DNA of 40,251 bases, taken from NCBI GenBank assembly GCA_016177155.1, contig JACOVU010000105.1, forward strand, positions 1-40,251, given 5' to 3'. A program made the position numbers and the translations under genes. The notes under the pieces were generated by a model. The model made no database searches, was not told where the DNA came from, and saw only the letters and a list, made by a program, of their open reading frames with translations. Shown in pieces: positions 26,100 to 39,737 of this stretch (position 1 is its first letter; each line of letters starts with the position of its first letter). This DNA is from Candidatus Omnitrophota bacterium (GTDB lineage Bacteria; Omnitrophota; Omnitrophia; Omnitrophales; Danuiimicrobiaceae).

Positions 26100-28208
26100 T
26101 TATTTATTAGAACTTCCTTCGATAATTGCTTTGGCAATATTCATTGGTATTTCCCGATAACTATGAAATTCCATTGGGGACGGCGTGGCGCGTCCTTGAG
26201 AAAGCGAACGGATCGCACTGGCAAATCCGAACATTTCCATTAGCGGGGCGAGAGCCTTCACAAATTTTACGTTGCCACGATTTCCCATTTCTTGGATGAC
26301 GCAGCGTCTTGAATTAAGATCTCCAATAATCGCCCCCATGTTCTCTTCTGGAACAATGACTTCTATCACCATAATCGGTTCAAGCAAAACGGGATGGGCT
26401 CTTTTAACTGCTTCTTTCAACCCCATTGAACCCGCAATTTTAAAAGCGATTTCTGAAGAGTCCACATCGTGGTAAGATCCGTCATAGAGCGTCACTTTGA
26501 CATCCAAAATTGGATATCCCGCTAATACGCCGCCTTGGCACGCTTCCCGTACTCCGGCCTCAACTGCTGGGACGTATTCTCTTGGAATTGCACCCCCTAC
26601 GACTTTATTGACAAATTCAACTCCTTTGCCGCGCTCTTGCGGTTCGATTGCCAACAAACAGTGACCGTATTGACCGCGTCCACCCGTTTGGCGGATGTAT
26701 TTGCCTTCCGCCTTGGCAGAGTTTTTGATGGTTTCTTTAAACGCCACTTGAGGCTTTCCAACATTGGTCTGAACCCCGTATTCCCGAAACATCCGGTCTA
26801 CAATAATTTCAAGATGAAGCTCTCCCATCCCGGAAATAATGGTCTGGCCTGTTTCCTCATTCGACTTAATTCGAAACGTGGGATCTTCCTGCGCCATCCG
26901 CTGAAGCGTTTGTGAAAGTTTGTCCCGATCAGCTTTCGTTTTCGGTTCTACGGCAAGCGAAATCACGGGTTCAGGAATGAAAAGTGATTCTAGAATAATA
27001 GGATGCGCTTCATCACAAAGCGTATCACCCGTCTTGAGATCTCTAAGGCCGACTACCGCCACAATATTTCCAGCACCCGCCTCTTCGATTTCTTCACGCT
27101 TATTGGCGTGCATGAGAAGCATGCGGCCGATGCGTTCTTTTGTTCCTTTCGATGCATTTGATACATAAGTTCCTGATCGCAATACACCTGAATAGATCCG
27201 AACGTAGGCAAAGTTTCCGCCACCCGCAAACCGGTCTGCAGCCAACTTAAAGACAAGGCCTGAAAAAGGTTCTTTCTCGTCGGGGTGACGCTCAATTTCT
27301 TGATCACTCTTCGGGTCTTTACCTTTGATCGCCGGTACGTCAAGAGGGGAAGGCAGATAGTCCACCACTGCGTCCAGCAATTGCTGGACACCTTTATTTT
27401 TATAAGAAGAACCACAAATCACAGGAAGAATTTTAATCGCAACGGTTGCCTTTCGAATGCCCGCTTTGAGTTCCTCAACGCTCGGCTCTTGCCCCTCAAT
27501 AAATTTGTGCATGACAGCATCATCGTGCTCACCTACTTTTTCAATCAGAAATTCACGTGCCTTTTTAGCTGCTTCTTGATCTTCCGCCGGAATGTCAACT
27601 TCATCAAATTGAGCTCCTAGTGTTTCATCATGAAACACGCATGCCTTCATTTGCACCAAGTCAATCACACCTTTGAAGTAATCTTCCTTACCGAGAGGGA
27701 GCTGTAATGGAACTGCGTTAGCGCCCAGCCGATCTTTCATCTGTTCCACACAGGATTCGAACGCAGCGCCGACCCGGTCCATTTTATTAACGTAAGAGAT
27801 GCGGGGAACATGATAACGTTCTGCCTGACGCCAAACGGTTTCGGATTGGGGTTCAACTCCTTCTACCGCGCCAAAGAGACAAACTGCGCCGTCGAGGACA
27901 CGCATCGAACGCTCCACTTCGATTGTGAAGTCGACGTGACCCGGTGTATCAATAATGTTAATGCGGCAATCGTGCCAAAAACAGGTAGTGGCAGCGGAGG
28001 TAATTGTAATCCCGCGCTCTTGCTCTTGTTCCATCCAGTCCATCACGGCAGTCCCTTCATGCACCTCGCCGATCTTATGCGTTTTCCCGGTGTAATAGAG
28101 AATGCGCTCCGTCGTCGTGGTCTTCCCTGCGTCAATATGCGCTGCGATCCCAATATTGCGGATCTTCGCTAGCGGAAAATGTATTTTCTTTTCTGTTGCT
28201 TCGGCCAT
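26100..28208 (-). CDS. fusA: Elongation factor G
   Basis: [31 protein letters not shown].... An alternative ATG at 28220 would overlap rpsG by 7 nt. Confidence 0.97.
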   Translation of the reverse strand: MAEATEKKIHFPLAKIRNIGIAAHIDAGKTTTTERILYYTGKTHKIGEVHEGTAVMDWMEQEQERGITITSAATTCFWHDCRINIIDTPGHVDFTIEVERSMRVLDGAVCLFGAVEGVEPQSETVWRQAERYHVPRISYVNKMDRVGAAFESCVEQMKDRLGANAVPLQLPLGKEDYFKGVIDLVQMKACVFHDETLGAQFDEVDIPAEDQEAAKKAREFLIEKVGEHDDAVMHKFIEGQEPSVEELKAGIRKATVAIKILPVICGSSYKNKGVQQLLDAVVDYLPSPLDVPAIKGKDPKSDQEIERHPDEKEPFSGLVFKLAADRFAGGGNFAYVRIYSGVLRSGTYVSNASKGTKERIGRMLLMHANKREEIEEAGAGNIVAVVGLRDLKTGDTLCDEAHPIILESLFIPEPVISLAVEPKTKADRDKLSQTLQRMAQEDPTFRIKSNEETGQTIISGMGELHLEIIVDRMFREYGVQTNVGKPQVAFKETIKNSAKAEGKYIRQTGGRGQYGHCLLAIEPQERGKGVEFVNKVVGGAIPREYVPAVEAGVREACQGGVLAGYPILDVKVTLYDGSYHDVDSSEIAFKIAGSMGLKEAVKRAHPVLLEPIMVIEVIVPEENMGAIIGDLNSRRCVIQEMGNRGNVKFVKALAPLMEMFGFASAIRSLSQGRATPSPMEFHSYREIPMNIAKAIIEGSSNK

Positions 28209-28213
28209 TTGAA

Positions 28214-28681
28214 TTACCATCGATAATGAGCGAACGCTCGGTTGCTTTCTGCCATTTTGTGCGTATCTTCGCGCTTCTTAATGGCTGCACCTGTTCGGTT
28301 ATAAGCATCTAAAATTTCGGTCGCCAATTTCTCTCTCATGGGCATGCCATGCCGATCCCGCGCAAAGGTCCGCATCCATCTCATGGCAAGAGCGCTCCCG
28401 CGCTCGGGACGAACACTGACAGGAACTTGATACGTTGCTCCCCCTACACGGCGAGATTTCGTCTCCAGCAGCGGGCGTGCATTGTCGAGCGCTTGTTTGA
28501 ACACTTCAAGCGGCTCTTTGCCCGTCTTCTCTTTGAGCACGTCAAAAGCGCCGTAGAGGATTCCTTCTGCGGTCGACTTTTTGCCGCGCTCCATGACAAT
28601 ATTGATCATCTTCGCGACCAAAATATTTTTATACTTTGGATCCGGTAAAATTCTTCTCTTGGCTGCTCTACGTCTTCTCAT
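28214..28681 (-). CDS. rpsG: 30S ribosomal protein S7
   Basis: 155 aa, [17 protein letters not shown].... Confidence 0.98.
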   Translation of the reverse strand: MRRRRAAKRRILPDPKYKNILVAKMINIVMERGKKSTAEGILYGAFDVLKEKTGKEPLEVFKQALDNARPLLETKSRRVGGATYQVPVSVRPERGSALAMRWMRTFARDRHGMPMREKLATEILDAYNRTGAAIKKREDTHKMAESNRAFAHYRW

Positions 28682-28688
28682 AGTTCAC

Positions 28689-29063
28689 TTAAGATTTTGG
28701 CGTCTTTGCCCCGTATTTCGAACGTGACCGATGCCGTTCTTGGACGCCGCTCGCATCTAACTTTCCACGCACAATGTGATACCGAACGCCAGGAAGATCT
28801 TTTACACGACCGCCTCGAACGAGTACGATGGAGTGTTCCTGAAGGTTGTGTCCAACCCCAGGAATATAAGCGGTCACTTCATGACCGTTCGTCAGTCGTA
28901 TCCGAGCAATCTTTCTCAGCGCCGAGTTCGGCTTCTTTGGCGTCTGGGTTCGCACAATTAAGCAAACACCTTTGCGAAAAGGTGAGCTTTGAAGCGCGGG
29001 TGACTTCGTGCGATTCTTGAATTTTTTCCGCCCAAATCTAATTAACTGATTAATCGTCGGCAT
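28689..29063 (-). CDS. rpsL: 30S ribosomal protein S12
   Basis: [14 protein letters not shown].... The ATG at 29061-29063 lies inside the last 14 nt of rpoC. Confidence 0.97.
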   Translation of the reverse strand: MPTINQLIRFGRKKFKNRTKSPALQSSPFRKGVCLIVRTQTPKKPNSALRKIARIRLTNGHEVTAYIPGVGHNLQEHSIVLVRGGRVKDLPGVRYHIVRGKLDASGVQERHRSRSKYGAKTPKS

Positions 29064-32000
29064 CCGTATCCTCAACTTTTAACGCTTCTGCTTTCTCTCC
29101 TTCTGCGGACTTTTCTAGCGGAGCAACTGCAGCCGGGGAATTAGGATCTGGTTCTCCCAAAGTCACGGTAAACTTGTGATAGGTAGGAAATCCTGTCCCA
29201 GCAGGAATTAAATGCCCCATAATCACATTCTCTTTCAGACCTAAGAGATGATCTCTTTTTCCGCTCGAAGCCGCATCGGTCAGCACGCGAGTAGTCTCTT
29301 GGAAACTCGCTGCCGAAATGAAGCTGTCGGTGCTTAAGGATGCTTTGGTAATTCCCAGGAGAATCGGAACGGCTTTGGCGGGTTGCTTGCTCTTTTTCAT
29401 CAGCTTTTCATTTTCTTCCTGAAACTTGATACGGTCTACTTGAGATCCCACCAGAAATTCAGAATCGCCTGGCTCTTCAATTTTTACTTTGCGGAGCATC
29501 TGTCTTACAATCACTTCCACATGCTTATCGTTAATTTTGACCCCCTGCAAACGATAAACTTCTTGAACACCATTGACCAAATACTCTTGAAGTTTCCGCT
29601 CTCCTGAAACGCGCAAAATATCCTGCGGGACAACAGGCCCATCTACAAGTTGCTGACCTGCAACCACACGATCGCCACGGTAGACATTTAAGTGTTTTCC
29701 GTGCGGAATTAAGTAACTCTTTGTCATACCGGTTGGGCTCTTCACGACAATCTTCCTTTGGCCTTTCACGACTTCCCCAAATTCAACCACACCATCAATT
29801 TCAGAAATGATTGCAGGATTTTTGGGTTTGCGAGCTTCAAAAAGTTCCGCCACGCGAGGAAGACCGCCTGTAATATCTCTGGTTTTTGCGATTTTTCTAG
29901 GAGTTTTCGCGATAAGCGTACCGCTGGTCACCATCTGGCCATCCTTTACCACAATGTGAGCAGCAGTTGGAATCGGATAAAAAGCGAGAATGTCGTTGGT
30001 TTCACTCGTGATTAAAATCTGGGGATGTAAATCTTCTTTGTGCTCAATAATGACGCGCTCAAACAAACCTGTCGTGGCGTCCATTTCTTCGTTCATCGTA
30101 ACGCCCACCTTAATATCTTCGAAGCGCACCTTACCCGTTATTTCTGTGAAAATAGGCACCATGTAAGGATCCCATTTCACGAAGATTGCGTCCTTTTCCA
30201 CCTGATCTTCTTCTTTAAAACTCAGAATAGCTCCTGTAGGAATGGTATAGCGTTCAAGTTCGCGCCCAGATTCATCGTGAATCGTCACTTGACCGCTTCG
30301 GTTAAGTACGATCTCTTCGCCTGATTTGGTTGTCACAATCTTCAAATTGTGATATTGGAGCTTGCCGGCATTCCGAGCCTTAAAATAAGATTGTTCGACC
30401 ACGCGGGAGGCCGTACCACCAATGTGGAAAGTTCTCATCGTAAGCTGAGTGCCAGGTTCACCAATCGACTGAGCAGCAATGACGCCTACTGCTGTACCCA
30501 ATTCAACCATTCGGTTCACACCAAGATCGCGGCCATAACACTTGATGCAAACCCCGCGTTTCGCTTCACAAGTCAGCACAGAGCGAATCCGAAGTTTTTC
30601 GATTCCAAGTTCTTCAAGCCGATCCGCAATGGTTTCGGTAATATCTTCACCTGCTTTCACAATGGGTTGATCCGTCACCACATCCACAATACTATCCAAA
30701 GCAACACGACCTAAAATACGTTCCTTTAAACTGACAACAATTTCATCGCCTTCGTAAGCAGGCTCGATGAAAATACCGTTCAACGTCCCGCAATCTTCTT
30801 CCATAATAATCACATCTTGCGCTACGTCCACCAGACGCCGGGTCAAATAACCAGAGTCCGCGGTTTTGAGTGCTGTATCAGCCAAACCTTTGCGTGCACC
30901 GTGCGTAGAGATAAAATATTCAAGCACGGTAAGGCCTTCTCTAAAATTGGCCGTGATCGGGTTTTCAATAATTTCACCTGACGGCTTCGCCATAAGACCT
31001 CTCATGCCTGCCAGTTGACGTATTTGCTGTTTCGAACCTCGAGCACCTGAATCCGCCATCATGAAGATAGGATTGAACGTATCCAGCTCTTCAAACATAC
31101 GATCCGAAACCTGATCGGTAGTGTGAGTCCAAATATCGATCACCTTGTTATGACGTTCGCCATCAGTGATGAGACCATTTTTGTACTGGCTTTCAATCTG
31201 AGAAACGTCATGATGCGCTGCTTCAAGCATTTTTAACTTATCTTTCGGGATTTGGATGTTATCGATACCAATCGAAATTCCAGAACGGGTTGCTTCTTCG
31301 AAACCAAGTGTTTTAAGACGGTCCAAAAGAAGAATTGTCTCATGATGACCAAACTGGCGGTAACACTCGGCAATGACACGAGAAATTTTGGACTTATCCA
31401 TCGCATCGTTGACAAAATGGAATCCCTTCGGAAGTACCTCATTAAAGAGGATCCGCCCCATCGTGGTCTCCACCACTTCGCCGTTTGCAAGCCTCAGTTT
31501 ACAAGGAGCATGTTTTTCAATTTCATCATCTTGATAAGCCGTAATTGCCTCTTCAGCGTCGGCAAACAAACATCCCTCACCCTTCGCCCCAGTTCTTTTC
31601 TTTGTGAGGTAATAAATACCTAGCACGATATCCTGTGAAGGGGTGGCAATCGGCGACCCATTCGCTGGTGAAAAAATGTTGTTCGCCGAAAGCATGAGGA
31701 GTCTGGCTTCCATTTGGGCTTCCATGGAAAGCGGAATGTGAACTGCCATTTGATCACCGTCAAAATCTGCGTTGAAAGCGGCACAAACAAGCGGATGAAT
31801 CCGAATTGCCTTTCCTTCAATCAAAACTGGTTCAAAAGACTGAATGCCCAAACGATGGAGCGTTGGCGCACGATTGAGAAGTATAGGATGCTCATGAATC
31901 ACTTCTTCCAAAATATCCCAAACTTCGGGTTTTACACGTTCCACCATCTTCTTGGCAGATTTAATTGTATGAACATGACCACGCTCTTTAAGTTTCCGAA

Positions 32001-33123
32001 TAATAAAGGGTTCAAAAAGCTCAAGTGCCATCTTCTTGGGAAGACCACATTGGTGAAGCTTCAGTTCCGGACCAATCACAATCACCGAACGGCCTGAATA
32101 ATCGACACGTTTTCCAAGCAAGTTCTGCCTGAAACGTCCTTGCTTGCCTTTGAGCATGTCACTTAAAGATTTCAGTGGCCGGTTCCCAGCACCCAAAACG
32201 GGCCTGCCATGGCGGCCGTTGTCGAACAGAGCATCCACCGCTTCTTGAAGCATGCGCTTTTCATTTCGGATGATGACATCAGGCGCTTTAAGTTCCAGAA
32301 GTTTTCGCAATCGGTTATTTCGGTTGATCACACGGCGATAAAGATCATTTAAATCACTCGTGGCAAACCGGCCTCCGTCTAAAGCCACCAAAGGTCTCAA
32401 ATCAGGTGGTATGACAGGAATCGAGTCCAAAATCATCCAAGCAGGATTGTTTCCGGAATGTCTGAAAGACTCGATAATTTTCAAAATTTTAATCGCACGG
32501 GCGCGGGCTTGTTTGGACTTGGAGGTTTTCACCTGTCTTTGATATTTCTGAACCAACTTATCGAGTTCCAGCGTGCCAAGAAGCTCTCTCACCGCTTCCG
32601 CTCCCATCTGAGCGGTGAAGCTTCCCGGACCATATTGTTCCACCGCTTTTTGATGTTCTTCTTCTGTCAAAAGCTGTTTCTTTTTAAGAGGAGTTTCTTT
32701 GGGATCAACCACAACATATTCTTCGTAATAGAGGACTTTTTCGAGGGCGCGGGCGCTTAAATCAAGGAGGTTTCCAATGCGGGAGGGCATGGTTTTGAAA
32801 AACCAAATATGGGAAACAGGGGTCACCAAATCAATATGTCCCATTCGCTCGCGACGAACCTTCGACTGGGTCACTTCTACGCCGCACCGATCGCAGATAA
32901 CACCCTTGTGCTTAATACGCTTATACTTACCGCAACTACATTCCCAGTCACGAGTAGGACCGAAAATCCGTTCACAGAAAAGACCATCCTTTTCAGGCTT
33001 GAGCGTCCTGTAGTTGATCGTTTCCGGTTTTTTCACTTCTCCGCGAGACCAGGAACGAATGACGTCGGGCGAAGCAATTCTAATCGTTACTGAATCAAAT
33101 GTATTGATCTCGTCATAATTCAT
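29050..33123 (-). CDS. rpoC: DNA-directed RNA polymerase subunit beta'
   Basis: 1357 aa with the NADFDGD catalytic motif and zinc-binding cysteines ([23 protein letters not shown]). Confidence 0.99.
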   Translation of the reverse strand: MNYDEINTFDSVTIRIASPDVIRSWSRGEVKKPETINYRTLKPEKDGLFCERIFGPTRDWECSCGKYKRIKHKGVICDRCGVEVTQSKVRRERMGHIDLVTPVSHIWFFKTMPSRIGNLLDLSARALEKVLYYEEYVVVDPKETPLKKKQLLTEEEHQKAVEQYGPGSFTAQMGAEAVRELLGTLELDKLVQKYQRQVKTSKSKQARARAIKILKIIESFRHSGNNPAWMILDSIPVIPPDLRPLVALDGGRFATSDLNDLYRRVINRNNRLRKLLELKAPDVIIRNEKRMLQEAVDALFDNGRHGRPVLGAGNRPLKSLSDMLKGKQGRFRQNLLGKRVDYSGRSVIVIGPELKLHQCGLPKKMALELFEPFIIRKLKERGHVHTIKSAKKMVERVKPEVWDILEEVIHEHPILLNRAPTLHRLGIQSFEPVLIEGKAIRIHPLVCAAFNADFDGDQMAVHIPLSMEAQMEARLLMLSANNIFSPANGSPIATPSQDIVLGIYYLTKKRTGAKGEGCLFADAEEAITAYQDDEIEKHAPCKLRLANGEVVETTMGRILFNEVLPKGFHFVNDAMDKSKISRVIAECYRQFGHHETILLLDRLKTLGFEEATRSGISIGIDNIQIPKDKLKMLEAAHHDVSQIESQYKNGLITDGERHNKVIDIWTHTTDQVSDRMFEELDTFNPIFMMADSGARGSKQQIRQLAGMRGLMAKPSGEIIENPITANFREGLTVLEYFISTHGARKGLADTALKTADSGYLTRRLVDVAQDVIIMEEDCGTLNGIFIEPAYEGDEIVVSLKERILGRVALDSIVDVVTDQPIVKAGEDITETIADRLEELGIEKLRIRSVLTCEAKRGVCIKCYGRDLGVNRMVELGTAVGVIAAQSIGEPGTQLTMRTFHIGGTASRVVEQSYFKARNAGKLQYHNLKIVTTKSGEEIVLNRSGQVTIHDESGRELERYTIPTGAILSFKEEDQVEKDAIFVKWDPYMVPIFTEITGKVRFEDIKVGVTMNEEMDATTGLFERVIIEHKEDLHPQILITSETNDILAFYPIPTAAHIVVKDGQMVTSGTLIAKTPRKIAKTRDITGGLPRVAELFEARKPKNPAIISEIDGVVEFGEVVKGQRKIVVKSPTGMTKSYLIPHGKHLNVYRGDRVVAGQQLVDGPVVPQDILRVSGERKLQEYLVNGVQEVYRLQGVKINDKHVEVIVRQMLRKVKIEEPGDSEFLVGSQVDRIKFQEENEKLMKKSKQPAKAVPILLGITKASLSTDSFISAASFQETTRVLTDAASSGKRDHLLGLKENVIMGHLIPAGTGFPTYHKFTVTLGEPDPNSPAAVAPLEKSAEGEKAEALKVEDTDADD

Positions 33124-33147
33124 CTTGGATTCCCCTTTGCGTATCCA

Positions 33148-36100
33148 TTACGCAATTCCCAATTTCTCTTTCGCCTTTTCTTTGCGGTCTTCCTTCTTAG
33201 ACACTTTTAACTCCCGCGCTTGGGCGGCACGAAATTTTTTCTCTGGAACTACATCAAGCGCTAAACTTTGCAATTCTTTCACAAGCACATTAAATGATTC
33301 TGGCGTTCCTGCTTGAAGTGCGGGCTCGCCTTTCACAATGGCCTCGTACACTCGGGTACGACCAATCACATCGTCACTTTTCACCGTCAGAAGCTCCTGA
33401 AGTGTGAACGCAGCACCGTAAGCCTCAAGCGCCCAAACTTCCATTTCTCCGAACCGCTGACCGCCAAATTGAGCCTTACCGCCGAGCGGTTGCTGAGTCA
33501 CGAGCGAATAGGGTCCAATCGAGCGAGCATGAATCTTATCATCCACCATGTGAGCTAGTTTCATCATATAGATGAACCCCACGGTGATTTTCCCATCGAA
33601 TGGGAGGCCGGTTCGACCGTCATAAATCTTTACCTTCCCATCTTCAGGAAGCTTTGCCTCCCGAAGCATTACCTTGATCTCGTTTTCGGTCGTCCCGCTG
33701 AAGACAGGTGTTTCCAAATGAAGCCCGAGCACTTTACCCGCCCAACCCAAATGAGTCTCCAAAATCTGCCCTACGTTCATTCGGGAAGGAACGCCTAGTG
33801 GATTGAGGACAATCTCAACCGGAGTGCCGTCGGGAAGAAAGGGCATATCCTCAGGTGGCAGAATCTTGGCAATCACACCTTTATTTCCATGCCGACCTGC
33901 CATCTTGTCACCTACGGAAATTTTCCGCTTGGAACAAACGTAAACGACCACTCTCTTGATTACGCCCGGCGGAAGTTCGTCACCTTTCTTAACGCGATCA
34001 ACTTCGCGGGCGCGTTCTTCAACCAACTCGTCAATTTCATCGCCCCAAACACGGGCAATTTTGCGCACGTTTTCCTCCAGCTCAGGGTCTTCGTCAATTC
34101 GAATGGACTCCCAATCACAACGTTCGAGTTTCTTAAGGTCCTTTTTCTCGATCGTGCGCCCCGAGCGAATCAAAACCTCTCCGAGTACTTCATCCACAAG
34201 ATCTTCAGAAAGTTTCTTTCCCGATACCATAGAGGAGATCTTCACAAAACGTTCATGGCGAAGGGTGTCGATACGTTTCTGATAACGCTCTTTAATATCT
34301 TCAATCTCCTTGGTTTCCTGGCGCTTTTCTTCTCGCGTCTTGGCCTTCAGCTCTTTTCGCTGAAATACTTTTACATCCACGACAATCCCTTCTACCCCTG
34401 GCGGAACCGTAAGCGAGGCATCCCGCACATCTCCCGCTTTTTCTCCAAAGATTGCGCGGAGAAGTTTTTCTTCAGGAGAAAGTTCGGTTTCGGATTTTGG
34501 TGTAATTTTCCCGACCAAAATATCTCCTGGTTTTACCTCAGCGCCAACCCGAACAATACCCTCTTCATCAAGGTCCTTAAGTGCTTCTTCGCTCACATTC
34601 GGAATATCGCGCGTAATTTCTTCATTTCCAAGCTTTGTATCACGCGCTTCAATCTCAAACTCCTCGATATGAAGGGAGGTATACTTATCTTCCATTAATA
34701 GCTTCTCGCTGATGATGATGGCATCTTCAAAGTTGTAGCCACGCCAGGGAAGGAAAGCGACTAGAACATTGCGGCCCAAAGCAAGTTCCCCTTGACTTGT
34801 CCCAGCACCGTTGGCGATGACATCACCGCGCTTTATTTTTTGACCGACTTCAACGAGAGGTCTTTGATTGATGCACGTTCCTGCATTGGATCTTTCAAAT
34901 TTCTTGAGCTTATACACCAAATCATCAATCACGATTTCATGTGAGGAAACCGCTTTTACCGTGCCTCGCGCTTTCGCTACCACCGTTGCTCCCGAATCCC
35001 GTGCAACTCGATATTCCATACCCGTCCCAACAATCGGTGCTTCAGTCTCCATTAAAGGGACGGCTTGCCGTTGCATGTTTGATCCCATGAGTGCCCGGTT
35101 TGCGTCATCGTGTTCCAAAAATGGAATCAAAGCGGCCGCCACGCTGACAAGTTGCCTTGGCGAAACATCCACGTAATCAATTTCGGTTGGTTCTTTCTTC
35201 AGAAAATCACCGCGATATCGAGTGGGAACCGGGGTTTCTGTGAAATTACCGTGTTTGTCTAAATGTTGCGTGGCGGGAGCGATCGAATATTTATCTTCTT
35301 GATCGGCGGTCAGATATTCGATTTTATTAGTGACTCGGCCTTTTTCGACTTTGCGATAAGGGCTTTCCAGAAATCCAACGTCATTGACGCGCGCAAAAGT
35401 ACTCAAAGAAGCAATCAAACCGATGTTTGGACCTTCAGGCGTTTCGATGGGGCAAATTCGACCGTAGTGAGAAGGATGAACATCACGGACTTCAAAACCC
35501 GCACGCTCGCGCGATAGACCGCCAGGACCTAAAGCAGACAGCCTTCTCTTATGAGTTAGTTCTGCAAGAGGGTTGGTCTGATCCATAAATTGAGAAAGCT
35601 GGCTTCTGCCGAAGAAATCTTTAATGGAAGCTGAAATTAGCTTCGGATTAATGAGATTGTGAGGCATGGCCGCATCCAAATCATAAATGGACATGCGTTC
35701 AAGCGCGGAACGTTTCATACGGGCAAGGCCTACTCGGAACTGATTCTGGAGAAGTTCTCCAACAGATCTGATGCGACGATTACCTAAATGATCGATGTCA
35801 TCCACTTTCAGCTCACCGCTCCTAAGTTTCAAAAGTGCCCGCACGACTTGGAGGACGTCTTCTGAGCGAAGCGTGGTTTCATCGATGGGAACGTCGAGAT
35901 CTAATTTTCGGTTCAGCATAAAGCGGCCCACCGTTCCTAAATCGTAACGTTGGGGATCATGGAACAGTTTCTCCACCAAATCACGAGCACTTTCAGGAGT
36001 CGGCGGATCGCCAGGACGAACACGCCGGTAAATCGCGACTTGAGCCTCCTCTTGATTCTTGTACGGATCACGCTCAAGCGTATTCACAATCGCATAATCT

Positions 36101-36933
36101 TCGCTGAAGGGCCTTACGATTTCGATGTCAGAAACGTTGTGATCGGCAAGTGTATTCAGCAACTCTTTCGTTAATTTGAGACCTGCGGTCGCAATGACGT
36201 CCTTCGATTTGCTGTCGACCACATCTTTCGAAAGAATAGCGCTTTCTAATTTCTTAAAAGAGGCGCGGTTAAAATCCTTAATTTTCTCGGCTTGATAAAG
36301 GGATTTCAAAATGTCGTGGTTGGTAGAAAAACCAAGCGCCCTGAGAAGTGTGGTGGCTAAAATTTTCCGTCTTCCATCAATATAAGCGTAGAGCACATCG
36401 TTGATATCGCCCTCAAATTCAATCCAAGCCCCGCGGTAAGGAATGATTCGGACGCTATAAAGACGCTTCCCGCTGGGATGAGCTGTCTCTTCAAGGGAAA
36501 CACCGGGTGAACGATGAAGCTGGCTGACAATCACGCGTTCAGCACCATTAATAATGAACGTGCCGGTTTCGGTCATGAGCGGAAGTTCACCAATATAAAC
36601 TTCTTGTTCCTTTGCAATTCCCTTGCGCACGAGGCGGAGTTTCACCTTGAGCGGTGCCGCATAAGTCATCGCTCGCTTGTGGCATTCAGCCATGGAATAT
36701 TTGGGTTTTCCAAGGTTATAACCCAAGTATTCGAGTCGACAGCTTCCATCAAAACTTTCGATCGGAAAGGAATCTTGAAATGCGGCTTCAAGCCCCTGCC
36801 TTTTTCGACGGCGTTTGGCACGGTCGGTTTGCAGAAACTGCTCATAGGATTTAATTTGGATCTCAACTAGATTTGGAAGTTCGATACAATCCTGAATCTT
36901 TGAGAAACTCTTACGTTTTATCAGTGACGTCAT
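33148..36933 (-). CDS. rpoB: DNA-directed RNA polymerase subunit beta
   Basis: 1261 aa. SD AAGGAG lies 9 nt upstream of the ATG. Confidence 0.99.
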   Translation of the reverse strand: MTSLIKRKSFSKIQDCIELPNLVEIQIKSYEQFLQTDRAKRRRKRQGLEAAFQDSFPIESFDGSCRLEYLGYNLGKPKYSMAECHKRAMTYAAPLKVKLRLVRKGIAKEQEVYIGELPLMTETGTFIINGAERVIVSQLHRSPGVSLEETAHPSGKRLYSVRIIPYRGAWIEFEGDINDVLYAYIDGRRKILATTLLRALGFSTNHDILKSLYQAEKIKDFNRASFKKLESAILSKDVVDSKSKDVIATAGLKLTKELLNTLADHNVSDIEIVRPFSEDYAIVNTLERDPYKNQEEAQVAIYRRVRPGDPPTPESARDLVEKLFHDPQRYDLGTVGRFMLNRKLDLDVPIDETTLRSEDVLQVVRALLKLRSGELKVDDIDHLGNRRIRSVGELLQNQFRVGLARMKRSALERMSIYDLDAAMPHNLINPKLISASIKDFFGRSQLSQFMDQTNPLAELTHKRRLSALGPGGLSRERAGFEVRDVHPSHYGRICPIETPEGPNIGLIASLSTFARVNDVGFLESPYRKVEKGRVTNKIEYLTADQEDKYSIAPATQHLDKHGNFTETPVPTRYRGDFLKKEPTEIDYVDVSPRQLVSVAAALIPFLEHDDANRALMGSNMQRQAVPLMETEAPIVGTGMEYRVARDSGATVVAKARGTVKAVSSHEIVIDDLVYKLKKFERSNAGTCINQRPLVEVGQKIKRGDVIANGAGTSQGELALGRNVLVAFLPWRGYNFEDAIIISEKLLMEDKYTSLHIEEFEIEARDTKLGNEEITRDIPNVSEEALKDLDEEGIVRVGAEVKPGDILVGKITPKSETELSPEEKLLRAIFGEKAGDVRDASLTVPPGVEGIVVDVKVFQRKELKAKTREEKRQETKEIEDIKERYQKRIDTLRHERFVKISSMVSGKKLSEDLVDEVLGEVLIRSGRTIEKKDLKKLERCDWESIRIDEDPELEENVRKIARVWGDEIDELVEERAREVDRVKKGDELPPGVIKRVVVYVCSKRKISVGDKMAGRHGNKGVIAKILPPEDMPFLPDGTPVEIVLNPLGVPSRMNVGQILETHLGWAGKVLGLHLETPVFSGTTENEIKVMLREAKLPEDGKVKIYDGRTGLPFDGKITVGFIYMMKLAHMVDDKIHARSIGPYSLVTQQPLGGKAQFGGQRFGEMEVWALEAYGAAFTLQELLTVKSDDVIGRTRVYEAIVKGEPALQAGTPESFNVLVKELQSLALDVVPEKKFRAAQARELKVSKKEDRKEKAKEKLGIA

Positions 36934-36970
36934 TTAGATAGTCTCCTTGGCTAAGCCAACAGAAATCATT

Positions 36971-37038
36971 GTCATTCTGAGCCCCCGTACGGGGCGAAGA
37001 ATCTCCACGCTTAGATCCTTCGCTTCGCTCAGGATGAC
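36971..37038 (-). repeat. Long imperfect palindrome in the rplL-rpoB spacer
   Basis: gtcattctgagc / gctcaggatgac pairs at 11 of 12 positions and cgaagaatc / gatccttcg at 8 of 9. A perfect 12-nt palindrome, ccccgtacgggg, is inserted at 36983-36994. Confidence 0.75.
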
Positions 37039-37048
37039 CCTTTCAGGG

Positions 37049-37522
37049 TCACTTAATCTCAACTTTTGCGCCGGCAGCTTCAAGGGTGGCCTTGATCTTC
37101 GCCGCTTCTTCTTTGGAAGCGTTGTCCTTAATCACTTTCGGAGCTGATTCAACGAGATCTTTGGCTTCCTTAAGGCCCAAACTCGTGACCGTACGAATTT
37201 CCTTAATCACGTTGATCTTCTTGTCGCCTGTACTTGAGAGAATCACCTGGAAAGTGGTCTTCTCTTCGCCTGCGGCCGCTCCTGCACCAGCGCCTGCTTG
37301 GGCTGCACCAGGAACAGCTGCAACCGCGACAGCGGCTTGAGCCGAAACGCCGAACTTCTCTTCCAAAGCTTTCACCAGCTGTGCCAGCTCGAGTACCGTA
37401 AGCTGTTCAATGGACTCCATAATTTTCTGGAGCTTGCTAGGCACATCAGATGATTTCTTTGCCTGTGGTTTTTCTTGTGTTTCTTCTTTCATGGTTTCCT
37501 CTATCACTGCTTTTGTTGTCAT
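37049..37522 (-). CDS. rplL: 50S ribosomal protein L7/L12 with a ~28-aa charged N-terminal extension
   Basis: [19 protein letters not shown], an Ala/Gly hinge and the conserved CTD. A strong SD (AAGGAGGA) lies 8 nt upstream of the 37522 ATG and supports the long form. Confidence 0.93.
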   Translation of the reverse strand: MTTKAVIEETMKEETQEKPQAKKSSDVPSKLQKIMESIEQLTVLELAQLVKALEEKFGVSAQAAVAVAAVPGAAQAGAGAGAAAGEEKTTFQVILSSTGDKKINVIKEIRTVTSLGLKEAKDLVESAPKVIKDNASKEEAAKIKATLEAAGAKVEIK

Positions 37523-37535
37523 TTAAAATTCCTCC

Positions 37536-38066
37536 TTAAGAACTTATGTTCACTTTCGTTTTTTGAATCTGATCTAGAACAACTGCTAATGATCGAACTA
37601 ATTGACCCAATATATTGACAAAACCGCCGATGGGTGCACTGAAACTTCCTAATAAGGATGCGATCAGAACTTCTCGTGAAGGGAGATTGGCCAATGATTT
37701 CAAAAATTGTGCTGGAACAACTCTGCCTTCAAGATACGCACCGTCTAAAGTAAAATTCTCGCGACCTTTTGCAAATTCAACGAGCACTTTGGAAACAAGC
37801 TGCGGCTCTTTCTCGGCCACGGTCAGAAGAATAGACCCTTTGATAATTCCATCGACTTCATCAACACCAAGTTTTTTAAAAGCGCGGCGCGTCAACGTGT
37901 TTTTCACCACAAGGGTGCGGTCTGAAACTTTCTCAAGTTTTCTCCTGAGCTCTACAAAATCAGGCGCAGAAAGACCTTGATGGCGCGTAAAGAAAACATA
38001 GTTCTTTGATTCAAGCGTCTTCACCAACTCATCCAACATCAACTCTTTTGCAACCGAAGGCATCAC
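37536..38066 (-). CDS. rplJ: 50S ribosomal protein L10
   Basis: 176 aa, between rplA and rplL. Confidence 0.95.
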   Translation of the reverse strand: MMPSVAKELMLDELVKTLESKNYVFFTRHQGLSAPDFVELRRKLEKVSDRTLVVKNTLTRRAFKKLGVDEVDGIIKGSILLTVAEKEPQLVSKVLVEFAKGRENFTLDGAYLEGRVVPAQFLKSLANLPSREVLIASLLGSFSAPIGGFVNILGQLVRSLAVVLDQIQKTKVNISS

Positions 38067-38072
38067 TTGCTC

Positions 38073-38777
38073 CTATTCCTCCGCTACACTCATGGTCGTA
38101 GCCCGAAGCTTGATTCCAGGACCTTGGGTCGTGGCAATCGTTACACGCTTCAAGTAATCTCCTTTTGCGGCTATTGGCTTCGCATCAATAATGGCTTTAA
38201 TGACGGTTTTGGCATTCGCCAAGATAGCGTCCTCTGAAAATGATTTTTTGCCGCAGGTCACATGAAGGCCGCCCGTTTTATCCGTCTTAAATTCCACGCG
38301 ACCGCCCTTAATTTCCTTTACTGCTTTTCCCACATCAGGGGTGACTGTCCCTGTTTTCGGCGTTGGCATTAAGCCGCGCGGACCTAACACTTTCCCAAGC
38401 TTACTGATTTCACGCATCATATCGGGATGGGCTACCACGGCATCAAAATCAAGCCACCCTCCTTCAATTTTTTTCATAAATTCGTCTGCTCCTACGTAAT
38501 CTGCGCCTGCTTGTTCGGCGGCGCGCTGGGCCTCACCTTTGGCGAAACAAAGCACGCGTACCTTTTTCCCGCTTCCATGTGGAAGGTTCGTCGCTCCGCG
38601 AACAGCTTCATTCGGCTGATCAGGATGAACTCCAAGTTGAAAACTGAGCTCCACTGACTCGTCAAATTTGGCAGGTGAAAACTGTTTGAGGATTTTCACT
38701 GCTTCTGATAATGAGTAACTTTTTGTCGGCTCATACAATTTGACACATTCCTGATAACGTTTGCTTCGCTTATGCAC
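38073..38777 (-). CDS. rplA: 50S ribosomal protein L1
   Basis: 234 aa, ...[14 protein letters not shown]...[11 protein letters not shown].... Confidence 0.97.
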   Translation of the reverse strand: MHKRSKRYQECVKLYEPTKSYSLSEAVKILKQFSPAKFDESVELSFQLGVHPDQPNEAVRGATNLPHGSGKKVRVLCFAKGEAQRAAEQAGADYVGADEFMKKIEGGWLDFDAVVAHPDMMREISKLGKVLGPRGLMPTPKTGTVTPDVGKAVKEIKGGRVEFKTDKTGGLHVTCGKKSFSEDAILANAKTVIKAIIDAKPIAAKGDYLKRVTIATTQGPGIKLRATTMSVAEE

Positions 38778-39202
38778 TATGACACCACTTCAATTCCCAT
38801 GCTCCGGGCTGTTCCTTCCACAATTCGAACAGCGCTTGTGAGCTTGGTGGTATTTAAATCGGACATCTTGTCACGCGCAATTTGTTCCACATCGGATCGC
38901 TTAACGCTTGCGATCTTTGTTCTCCCTGGTTCACCGCTCGCTTTTGCAAGCCCTGCGGCTTTCTTCAACATAGCTGCCACAGGCGGTGATTTTAAGATAA
39001 AGGAAAAAGTCTTGTCCTCATAAACGGTAATAACAACGGGAATCACAGTGCCTTGTTTGTCTTTGGTCTTCTCATTAAATTGCTTACAAAACTCCATAAT
39101 GCTCAGTCCGTGTTGCCCCAAAGCAGGACCGATGGGCGGTGCAGGATTGGCCTGCCCTCCTGGACATTGAAGTTTGATTTTGGTCTTAATTTTTTTGGCC
39201 AT
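38777..39202 (-). CDS. rplK: 50S ribosomal protein L11
   Basis: 141 aa, [24 protein letters not shown].... Confidence 0.98.
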   Translation of the reverse strand: MAKKIKTKIKLQCPGGQANPAPPIGPALGQHGLSIMEFCKQFNEKTKDKQGTVIPVVITVYEDKTFSFILKSPPVAAMLKKAAGLAKASGEPGRTKIASVKRSDVEQIARDKMSDLNTTKLTSAVRIVEGTARSMGIEVVS

Positions 39203-39204
39203 AA

Positions 39205-39735
39205 CTAAATTTTCTCAACCTGCCAATATTCCAACTCAACAGGGGTGGACCTGCCGAAAATGCTGACCATCACCTTGAGTTTCCCCTTATTGGGATTAAT
39301 TTCATCGACCGTTCCATTAAAATTGGCGAAAGCACCTTCTTTGACGCGAACACTTTCTCCTTGTTCAAACTCGACTTTCGGTTTGGGTTTGGTGGCTTTC
39401 TCTTCCTGCTGTTTCAAAATTCCAGAAACGTCATTGTCCGAAAGAGGAACAGGTTTTCTGCCCGAACCCACGAAACCTGAAACACCCGGCGTGTTTTTAA
39501 CCAAGTACCAACCTTCATCCGTAAGATCCATCTCAACGAGAAGATAGCCTGGAAAAAACTTACGCTCAGAAATTTTCTTCTTCCCGCCCTTGACTTCGCT
39601 TACCTTTTCGGTCGGGATGAGCACTTGATGGATCAAGTGCGTCAGATTTGCGCTCTGCGCTCTTGATTCCAAATTTGCCTTTGCTTTTCGTTCCGCACCC
39701 GTCTGAGTGTGGACGACATACCATTTGTACGACAT
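39205..39735 (-). CDS. nusG: Transcription termination/antitermination factor NusG
   Basis: 176 aa, [15 protein letters not shown]..., NGN plus a KOW domain ([18 protein letters not shown]). Confidence 0.97.
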   Translation of the reverse strand: MSYKWYVVHTQTGAERKAKANLESRAQSANLTHLIHQVLIPTEKVSEVKGGKKKISERKFFPGYLLVEMDLTDEGWYLVKNTPGVSGFVGSGRKPVPLSDNDVSGILKQQEEKATKPKPKVEFEQGESVRVKEGAFANFNGTVDEINPNKGKLKVMVSIFGRSTPVELEYWQVEKI

Positions 39736-39737
39736 AG

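Noticed and set aside
33889-34698. Long plus-strand ORFs opposite rpoB, rpoC, secY, rplF, fusA and others (for example 33889-34698 at 269 aa, 13962-14495, 16872-17354 and 26535-26915)
   Set aside because: They lie antisense to strongly conserved genes, have low-complexity or odd composition and have no SD context. They are typical shadow ORFs.
36947-37147. 66-aa plus-strand ORF containing RSFASLRMT
   Set aside because: It is the translation of the palindromic repeat in the rplL-rpoB spacer and of the antisense strand of rplL. It is not a gene.
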